The notes beneath the pieces were generated by a model. The model ran no database searches. It was not told the DNA's origin and worked only from the letters and a program-made list of their open reading frames with translations. Below, piece by piece: positions 46,036 through 53,433 of a stretch of 64,000 nt of DNA. Source of the DNA: a virus (taxonomy: Duplodnaviria > Caudoviricetes); IMG/VR virus record IMGVR_UViG_3300033463_000038, positions 32,001 to 96,000 of that record; one strand, given 5' to 3'. The position numbers were made by a program, and so were the translations under genes. Each line of letters begins with the position of its first letter. The stretch's first letter is position 1.

Positions 46036-46236
46036 ATGACTCGATTCGTTATCACTGGAAAAGTATCAAATCCGCTAGCGGGATCTTCGCTCAACGAAGA
46101 TCTCGTCATCTCTGGTCGTCTGGACTCGAAGCTCGCACAGCTCAACCTGGAAGTCGAGAAGATCGAGACTGTCGGAGACGAAGTCACTTACTACCTGAAA
46201 GAATCGACATCTAGACCTAAGCTCCTGTGCGACTAA
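46036..46236 (+). CDS. hypothetical late protein
   Basis: TATAAATA at 46006, AAGGAG SD. Confidence 0.7.
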   Translation: MTRFVITGKVSNPLAGSSLNEDLVISGRLDSKLAQLNLEVEKIETVGDEVTYYLKESTSRPKLLCD

Positions 46237-46251
46237 CAAAAGGAAACACCA

Positions 46252-47046
46252 ATGAACAACATGGTTTATATCGGAAACGCTGGATCCAAGAATCCAGGTA
46301 TCACTTGTCTTCTCAGATGCGCAATCTTCAATCTAGAAGAGAATTCCGACTGGGAAGGAATCGACTACGTCAAGAACGCTTGGTTCAACGAGGACGGCAT
46401 CTCTGTCGAGATCGATCAGGAGGGCTGGGACAAGCCGATGTCCGATGAGGAGTTCGCTGAGCTGCCTGTCGATCTCATCAATCAGATCATCCGTGAAATT
46501 CCAAAGGTTATATCCGGAATCATGATAAACAGCGAGCAGCAGACTGAAGAAGATAAGATCGCTGAGCTGGAAGACATCATAAACAACTCCGAAGAGACAA
46601 CCGTCAAGGGAGGAGGAAACTTCGAATATGGGGACGAGAAGATCGCACTTCGTCTTCTGAGACAGGCTAAAGCTAGATATTCCGCTAAAGGTCCGGTCGA
46701 GTCTATGAAGTTCGGAGAAGCTAAGAGAATTCTCGAAGCTGAGGGACTCAAACTATCTAAGGACTGCTGCTCTAAGAAGCGCAAGAGAACTCTGAAGGAA
46801 TCTAGCCTGACTATCTGGGACTATCTTGACGAGCTAGAAGAGATCGATCCGTCTGCTAGAGAAATGATGATCGAGGAGCTGATCGAGAACTCCGACACTA
46901 TCGTTCGTGGAGATGACGGCTGCTACTACGACACTTCGATCGGCAGAGACAGCATGACCGATGATCCGATGGAATTGATCCAAGACATCAGCTATGATGA
47001 TCTAGTCGCCGATTACGGAACACCAGAAGAGTTCGCAAACAACTAG
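46252..47046 (+). CDS. acidic probable head-associated protein
   Basis: Contains MKFGEAKRILEAEGLKL and LKE motifs like the head-protein cluster. Confidence 0.65.
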   Translation: MNNMVYIGNAGSKNPGITCLLRCAIFNLEENSDWEGIDYVKNAWFNEDGISVEIDQEGWDKPMSDEEFAELPVDLINQIIREIPKVISGIMINSEQQTEEDKIAELEDIINNSEETTVKGGGNFEYGDEKIALRLLRQAKARYSAKGPVESMKFGEAKRILEAEGLKLSKDCCSKKRKRTLKESSLTIWDYLDELEEIDPSAREMMIEELIENSDTIVRGDDGCYYDTSIGRDSMTDDPMELIQDISYDDLVADYGTPEEFANN

Positions 47047-47107
47047 TCGAAATCTGGAAACTCTGATAAATAAGTAAATTTCTAGAACTCTACAAGGAGA
47101 ATCATAT

Positions 47108-47332
47108 ATGATCACTAACTCTACTGACGCAACCATCGACAGCAACGACTTCATCATTCAGTCTATGCGCAAGCTCAAGCAGCGCCTCGAGATCGAAGAG
47201 AACGACATCAAGTCCTACAAGATTCCGGAAGGACTCCAGGGCTCTGCTCTCGCTTCTGAGAAGGCCTACATCAAGGGCGCTCTCGACGAGATCCAGAAGT
47301 TCCGCCAGTTCATCAAAGAGATGGGCGTCTAA
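47108..47332 (+). CDS. hypothetical protein
   Basis: GATAAATA, AAGGAG SD, strongly biased codons. Confidence 0.75.
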   Translation: MITNSTDATIDSNDFIIQSMRKLKQRLEIEENDIKSYKIPEGLQGSALASEKAYIKGALDEIQKFRQFIKEMGV

Positions 47333-47362
47333 CGCAACTTACATAAAGTCTGTTGTCTCCAT

Positions 47363-47394
47363 GAAGCGCTGGTCGAGAGACCAGCGCTTCTTTT
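47363..47394 (+). terminator. intrinsic terminator
   Basis: GAAGCGCTGGTC-GAGA-GACCAGCGCTTC-TTTT. Confidence 0.9.
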
Positions 47395-47500
47395 GTACCC
47401 AGACCTCGTCATAAATGCGGTTTTGAGGCGGTTTTAAGACGTTTTAAGCCTGTACCCTAGTAACTATACTGGTGAGCCGTAAAACTCCTATAAATGGCCC

Positions 47501-47626
47501 TTATGCGCAATTAACCGCATGTTCGCTTTTTCTCTTCTCGAAATAGTCTTTAACGTTCTCTGTGCGATCGGCTCTGATCTCTTCTTCGCTGCGATCGACT
47601 TCAATTTCGATTCCGTCTGGTCCCAT
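47501..47626 (-). CDS. small hypothetical protein (41 aa)
   Basis: AAGGAG SD; MGPDGIEIEVDRSEEEIRADRTENVKDYFEKRKSEHAVNCA*. Confidence 0.5.
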   Translation of the reverse strand: MGPDGIEIEVDRSEEEIRADRTENVKDYFEKRKSEHAVNCA

Positions 47627-47635
47627 GATTACTCC

Positions 47636-47974
47636 TTATGCGATAGAGCGCTTCTCGTAGACACGAACTGTGATCACATCGTACTTCTTCAATTTCTGCA
47701 GACGCTTGAAGAGCTCTTCGACACTCTTGACGCTCTTGCGTTCATCCTGCTTGTCGTTGTCGTACGTGATGAGGGCTTTGTCTCTTAGGTTCTCGTCCAT
47801 GACGAAGCCGACCTCTTCGAACTGTTCACTTTCCTCCTTCTCGCCATCGATGTAGATAATGGTCCAAATGCTTTTCTTGAGAGCCTTTGGAAGCTTCGCT
47901 TTCGGAAATACCGAATTAACAGCGTTGCGGTAGATGTTGTAGACGTCTTGGGCGGTTTCGGCGAGATATTTCAT
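47636..47974 (-). CDS. hypothetical early protein
   Basis: Early promoter 48008-48036 and AAGGACCA leader. Confidence 0.75.
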   Translation of the reverse strand: MKYLAETAQDVYNIYRNAVNSVFPKAKLPKALKKSIWTIIYIDGEKEESEQFEEVGFVMDENLRDKALITYDNDKQDERKSVKSVEELFKRLQKLKKYDVITVRVYEKRSIA

Positions 47975-48108
47975 AGTTTTGGTCCTTTTTGTTAAGTTTA
48001 CATGAGTAATATAGGTATTTTCATGAGAAATCTAAACCCATAAACACGAATTTTTATGCTGCAAATAGTTTCTAAATTAACTATTGAAAAGCGCTAAAAC
48101 GAGAATTT

Positions 48109-51100
48109 ATGTACAAAAACGTCTACTACGACCGTGAGTCCAATTCGATTTTCGAACGTGAAGTTGGCTCGACAGAATACGTCAAGCATCCGTACACTTT
48201 CAAGTACTTTATGCCCGACTCGACGGGACAGAGTCCGATTCGAGACTGCTTCGGCGTACCGATGAAAGAGGTCGTATGCAAGACGAAAGAGGACTATCAA
48301 ATCTATCGCGTGATGTCGAAGAAGATGCGCTTAGCGGAGTCCGACCTCAAACCTCCCGTAAAATACATTCACGAGAAATACGACACCGCAGAATTGAACT
48401 ACGAAGAGTACAAGGACTACCGCATCGCCTTCTATGATATCGAAACGCAGACTTCGAGACGCTATTACCTCAACAAAGAAGTGAAACTTCGCTTGATCGA
48501 GGACGGACACGAAGAGACGATGACCCTGTATCAGTTCGAGCACACTTGCAAGACGAGAAAATGGGAAGTCTGGGACATCGTCCGTAACGAGTGGCGCAAA
48601 TACTACGACAGCTGCTTCATAAATCAGGAATTTCCTAATCCGGAGGAAGCGAACTATCCGATCAACCTGATCACTGTCTACTCGACGGTCGCTGGCGAGA
48701 CTTTCACTTGGGGTCTGGAGCCGTATGAGGGCAACTCTCCAGAAGTGACAAACTACAAATGGTTCGAGTCCGAGCTAGAGATGATGAAGGACTTCTATGT
48801 ATGGTTCTGGCAGCAGAAGTTCGATATTCTGACTGGCTGGAATTCTGAGAAGTTCGATGACGCGTATATCATCGGCCGTATGCAGAAGATCCAACGAGAG
48901 AACGGCGTCAAGCTCGATTACACACGTCTGCTTTCTCCGCTCAAACTTCCGCCTCAGAAGCGCCCAATCACCGACGACAAGGGTAAAGTAACGGGATTCC
49001 ACTTCTCGTCTCCAGGCCTGTATATGATCGACTATCTCCAGCTCTACAAATTCATCGGCTTCGTGAAGAACTCGCCGTCGTGGAAGTTGGACTACATCGG
49101 CAAGAAGGAAACTGGAGAAGGAAAGGTCAAACTGGAATATGGTCTTACCGAGCACTATATCAAGGACTACACGACCTACGTCGAGTATAACGTGCAGGAC
49201 GTTCGATTGATGGTGAAGATCGAAGAGAAAAAGCGTCTGTGGCCGACGACTATCGCCTACGCCAATGAAGCTCTAATCACTCTTGACTCCGTCTTCGCGA
49301 TGACGGCCGCACACGACGGCTATATCATGAAATTCCTCCATGCGCAGAATCAGGTCTACAACGACCGCTACGAAAAGCCGAACGACTGGTGGTACGAGGA
49401 AGGATATTGGAAGAAGGATTTAGGAAACGGTATCATCGAGTATCAGAACTGCCCGCTGGAAACGCCGACTTCGTTCGAGCCGTATGCTGTGAAGGCAGGT
49501 TACTGCTACGCTGATCCAGGCCGTTATCAGCACAACATGAGCGGCGACATTACGTCATCCTATCCGAATCACATCATCATGTACAACATCTCTCCCGAGA
49601 CTCGTGTCATTAAGCCGAGTCAAGAGGATATTGATTCCGGAAAGGTTATCTGTTCGGAAGTCAACGGAGTCGGATTCATCAACAACGACTGCGCTATTCT
49701 GCCGTCTGTCGTTTCCAAGATCTTCGACGAACGTCTCAAGTTCAAGCTGCTCATGCAGGATGCCGAGAAGGCGGGCGACAAGATCGCTGCCGACCGCTAC
49801 CGCACACTGCAGCTCACCCGTAAGAAGCTCATCAACTCTCTATACGGCGCTTGTCTGTTCCCGCAGTTCCACCTCTTCAACATCGACTGCGCTCGCTCCA
49901 TCACCCGTTGCGCTCGCGTCACCATCCGCTACCTCAAGGACAACACGGACCGCTACTATCGCTCCAAGTATATCCTCAAGGATTCGATGGACTTCTTCCC
50001 TGTCATCAAGATCAACACCAAGTGGTACAAGAAGGAAGACGAAGTCGAAACGGATCAGGGCAAGATTCTCGCGAAGGACGTAACGACCGCCAATACTATC
50101 AACGGTGCGGCTGTAACCGTCTTCGTGAACGACCTCACTAAGAAAGACCTTCTCAATCCTATCAAGAAGATCACGACCGAGCGTATCATCAACGTGGTCT
50201 ACGACGGCGACTGCCACTACTTCAAACCGGGCGACGAAATCGAAGTCGAGATGGATGGAAAGAAGATCAAGATGCAGTTGGGCGTCAAGGACGGCGGTGC
50301 AAGATTCACAGGCGAAGAGACCATCATGGAAGAGCTCAAGGCCAACTTCAAACATCCTGATGGCTCTACAATTTCCGGTTTCGATCTGCAGCGCAACGCT
50401 AAGATCAACGGCCGTCCAATCGACAACGTGAACGTGATCGAGAAGCCTATCAAGTTCGTGGATCGTGCGTCTGTCGTCGTTCAGGTCGACACCGACTCTA
50501 ACTACTACTGCTTCGACGAGCACAAGATCAACCTCTTCCCGTACATGGACGACATGGAATGGTTCTACTGCATGGAGAAGCAGATGAACTGGTTCTGGAA
50601 GCGCATTCTGGACGCGAAGGCCGAGAAGAACAAGATGCACAACCGCATCATCTTCACTCGCGAGAATATGTTCTCGAACTTCATCTCTTACGGAAAGAAG
50701 CTCTACCTCGGATCCGTCGTCGACAAGGACGGCAAGTATTTCGGATACGAGGAAGATCCTCACAAGCACTTGAAGATTCAGGGTCTAATTCTAAAGAAGG
50801 CCGAGTTCCCTCCGTTCTGTCAGGAATATGCAGTCAACATCACGGCTGCCGTTCTGCTCGGTCAGGACAAGGAAGAGACGACGAAACAAATTCAAGACGC
50901 TTACATGAAATTCAAGGCGTCCAAGCCAGAGGATATTTCGTCGTCCCGCACTATCGGCGACCTCTCGGTTATGCCTCACGAAATCGACTGGTACGTCAAG
51001 AACGGCCTCTCATATCCGGACCGCATTCACTACGCGGCAAAGATCGGCGTGAACTTCAACTACGTGAACGCTAAAGAGAAGCTCGGTTACGACCCGCTGC

Positions 51101-51345
51101 AGCGTGGCTCGAAGGGTAAGTATCTCTTCCTCTATCCGCGAAACAAATACGGTTTCGACCAGATCGCTTTCGAAAAGTGGCCGAAGGAATTTGACCAAAT
51201 GTTCGAGATCGACTACGACACTACCTTCGAAAAATTCTTCATGTCCAACTTCCACGCGCTATTCGAGGTCGTTGGATGGGCGGACTCAAGAAAAGACTAT
51301 ATTGAGTATAAGATGACGAAGGCGAAAAAGAAGTTCCTGAGGTAA
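48109..51345 (+). CDS. family B DNA polymerase, T4 gp43-like, with insertions
   Basis: ExoI DIET, ExoII GWNSEKFD, ExoIII YNVQD, motif A DITSSYP, motif B KKLINSLYG, motif C DTDS. Confidence 0.95.
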   Translation: MYKNVYYDRESNSIFEREVGSTEYVKHPYTFKYFMPDSTGQSPIRDCFGVPMKEVVCKTKEDYQIYRVMSKKMRLAESDLKPPVKYIHEKYDTAELNYEEYKDYRIAFYDIETQTSRRYYLNKEVKLRLIEDGHEETMTLYQFEHTCKTRKWEVWDIVRNEWRKYYDSCFINQEFPNPEEANYPINLITVYSTVAGETFTWGLEPYEGNSPEVTNYKWFESELEMMKDFYVWFWQQKFDILTGWNSEKFDDAYIIGRMQKIQRENGVKLDYTRLLSPLKLPPQKRPITDDKGKVTGFHFSSPGLYMIDYLQLYKFIGFVKNSPSWKLDYIGKKETGEGKVKLEYGLTEHYIKDYTTYVEYNVQDVRLMVKIEEKKRLWPTTIAYANEALITLDSVFAMTAAHDGYIMKFLHAQNQVYNDRYEKPNDWWYEEGYWKKDLGNGIIEYQNCPLETPTSFEPYAVKAGYCYADPGRYQHNMSGDITSSYPNHIIMYNISPETRVIKPSQEDIDSGKVICSEVNGVGFINNDCAILPSVVSKIFDERLKFKLLMQDAEKAGDKIAADRYRTLQLTRKKLINSLYGACLFPQFHLFNIDCARSITRCARVTIRYLKDNTDRYYRSKYILKDSMDFFPVIKINTKWYKKEDEVETDQGKILAKDVTTANTINGAAVTVFVNDLTKKDLLNPIKKITTERIINVVYDGDCHYFKPGDEIEVEMDGKKIKMQLGVKDGGARFTGEETIMEELKANFKHPDGSTISGFDLQRNAKINGRPIDNVNVIEKPIKFVDRASVVVQVDTDSNYYCFDEHKINLFPYMDDMEWFYCMEKQMNWFWKRILDAKAEKNKMHNRIIFTRENMFSNFISYGKKLYLGSVVDKDGKYFGYEEDPHKHLKIQGLILKKAEFPPFCQEYAVNITAAVLLGQDKEETTKQIQDAYMKFKASKPEDISSSRTIGDLSVMPHEIDWYVKNGLSYPDRIHYAAKIGVNFNYVNAKEKLGYDPLQRGSKGKYLFLYPRNKYGFDQIAFEKWPKEFDQMFEIDYDTTFEKFFMSNFHALFEVVGWADSRKDYIEYKMTKAKKKFLR

Positions 51346-51346
51346 T

Positions 51347-51532
51347 ATGCTCACGGTGACACTGACAACACCAACGATAATTCTGATCATCCTGGCGCTC
51401 GTTCTGGGCGTCTGGATCTTCTCTTGCGACAATACAGACACATTCCTCGGCTCTAACAGGTCTTGGGCCGTGTTGGCTTCTATTTTTATCATGGCTTTCG
51501 CGGTAGCGATAGTAGGAGGTATCTGGTGGTGA
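51347..51532 (+). CDS. small two-TM membrane protein
   Basis: Two hydrophobic helices; GAGG SD. Confidence 0.65.
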   Translation: MLTVTLTTPTIILIILALVLGVWIFSCDNTDTFLGSNRSWAVLASIFIMAFAVAIVGGIWW

Positions 51533-51537
51533 GAGAA

Positions 51538-51834
51538 ATGGAAAGTCCGAATCAAATCACGTTCGAAGCTGCAAAGCTAAAGAATCGAGACTTTATGAAG
51601 TCTATCATTCTGAGAACAGGTCCAATCATAGCAGCGACAAGGCCGCTTATTTGGAACAAGAAACTGAAGAGATATGTCGAAGGTCACGTAACTGGATCTG
51701 TTACGAACTACGATGGCCGAGTGACGTGTTTCTCATCAGACGAACAAGCGAGAAGAGTGATAGCCGATGAGCGAGCTCGTTGGCACTATTACAAGTCGTT
51801 CTCAGATCGTTTCGCTCCAGAAGAATGGCCATAA
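51538..51834 (+). CDS. hypothetical protein
   Basis: ATG at 51538 in frame with ORF-track ORF. Confidence 0.65.
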   Translation: MESPNQITFEAAKLKNRDFMKSIILRTGPIIAATRPLIWNKKLKRYVEGHVTGSVTNYDGRVTCFSSDEQARRVIADERARWHYYKSFSDRFAPEEWP

Positions 51835-51858
51835 ATACTGGAACTGAAGGTAAGTATC

Positions 51859-53364
51859 ATGGGACGAATAACTGCAACTAAGATCAACGAGACGCACTTC
51901 TTTATTCAGGTCAATGATGGAGATCTGCTCTACGCTCTGGATAGCGCTTTCGCTATCCACAAGGACGGTTATCAGTTCGTTCCTGCTTACAAGAATCACA
52001 CTTGGGACGGAAAGACTCACTTCTTCAAGGCTACAACGCACAAGTTCCCTATCGGACTCGTGGACGAGTTGATCAAGTGGTGCGACAGCAAGAAGTACGA
52101 GCTCAAGTTCGAGAACTACGAAAAAGAACCTGTAGAATGGCTGTCCAGAGAGAAGTTCGAAGCCAACTGCAAGCAGATCATGGCAGGATCGAAATATCAG
52201 CCTAGAGACTATCAGCTCGAAGCCGCGTTCGCTGCACTGAACGGAAAACGTGGAATTCTAGAGTGCTGCACCTCTTCAGGTAAGTCACTCATGATCTATC
52301 TGATCATGCGCAATTTGATGATGGAACGAGGCTACAAGAAGATGCTGTTGATTGTTCCGTCCATCATGCTAGTGACTCAGATGTACAAGGACTTCGAAGA
52401 CTACGGATGGTCAGACCTCGGCAAGTGGTGCGAACTGCAGGACAAGGATCACGTTCCGACTTACCAGAAGACGATCTTGATCACGACTTGGCAGTCTTTG
52501 ATGAAGCAGTCAGCTGACTACTTCGAGGATGTGAACGTGGCTATCTGCGACGAGTGCCACGGACTCAGAGGAGTGAAGCTGTCCACGATGATGCAGTTCT
52601 GTATCAACGCGGACTTCAAGATCGGCACGACCGGCACCCTTCCGACGTCTGCGGTCGAGAAATATGACGTGAAATCTGTTCTCGGTAGAACTCTGTACAA
52701 GATCAGTTCGGAAGAGTTGATCAGCAGAGGATTCCTAACTGACATCATCGTGGCTAACTTGTTCCTTCAGTATCCGATCGACTTCATCAAGGAAAATCAA
52801 GAAAGGACATATCCGGAAGAGGTCAGACTCACGGAAGAGTACGAAGACCGAATGCATATCCTCGACATCATCTTGAGAAAGACCGACTTGAATCACAACA
52901 TGCTCATTCTGTGCAATCACGTCGACCATCTAGAAGCTACGATCGACTATCTGAAGGAGCACGCGAAGGATCGAAAAGTTGTCAAGATCACTGGATCCGT
53001 GAAGTCGGCTGAGCGAGAATTCATCAGAATTTCCGCAGAAGAGTCGGACGGATTGATCATCGTGGCGACTTACGGCACCATGTCAACTGGCGTCAATATC
53101 AAGAAGATCCACGAGATCGTTCTGTTCGCTGACTCGAAGTCCAAAATCAAGGTTCTTCAGTCTATCGGTCGTGGACTTAGAAAGCATCCAGAGAAGTCGA
53201 AAGTCATCATTTACGACATTGTCGACGACATGCGGTACAAGTCGAAGAGAGGCAAAGTTCACTCAAACTATCTCTACGACCATTGGCTAGAGCGCTCAAA
53301 ATACTACATTGAGCAGAAATTTAAGCAGAAATCCGCGATTTTGCCTATCTCCAAGTTAGTATAA
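51859..53364 (+). CDS. uvsW: SF2 DNA helicase, UvsW-like
   Basis: WDGK, PRDYQ, TSSGKS, DECH, GTTGT, STGVNI, LQSIGRGLR. Confidence 0.93.
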   Translation: MGRITATKINETHFFIQVNDGDLLYALDSAFAIHKDGYQFVPAYKNHTWDGKTHFFKATTHKFPIGLVDELIKWCDSKKYELKFENYEKEPVEWLSREKFEANCKQIMAGSKYQPRDYQLEAAFAALNGKRGILECCTSSGKSLMIYLIMRNLMMERGYKKMLLIVPSIMLVTQMYKDFEDYGWSDLGKWCELQDKDHVPTYQKTILITTWQSLMKQSADYFEDVNVAICDECHGLRGVKLSTMMQFCINADFKIGTTGTLPTSAVEKYDVKSVLGRTLYKISSEELISRGFLTDIIVANLFLQYPIDFIKENQERTYPEEVRLTEEYEDRMHILDIILRKTDLNHNMLILCNHVDHLEATIDYLKEHAKDRKVVKITGSVKSAEREFIRISAEESDGLIIVATYGTMSTGVNIKKIHEIVLFADSKSKIKVLQSIGRGLRKHPEKSKVIIYDIVDDMRYKSKRGKVHSNYLYDHWLERSKYYIEQKFKQKSAILPISKLV

Positions 53365-53367
53365 ATA
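53360..53367 (+). promoter_or_regulatory. late promoter
   Basis: TATAAATA upstream of sheath gene. Confidence 0.8.
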
Positions 53368-53433
53368 ACTTAGAAAGATTGACTGGTACCTAGTTATCAG
53401 TCTCTAAAGCTATTATACTAGGAGATTTTAAAC

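Noticed and set aside
49960-50470. Active intein or intron in DNA polymerase
   Set aside because: Frame continuous; no His-Asn/nucleophile junction or LAGLIDADG motif.
49840-50769. 309-aa antisense ORF in the polymerase, and similar ones (3980-4684, 4826-5566, 40011-40673, 58625-59197)
   Set aside because: Shadow ORFs expected from strong C-ending codon bias in the sense genes; no motifs or independent signals.
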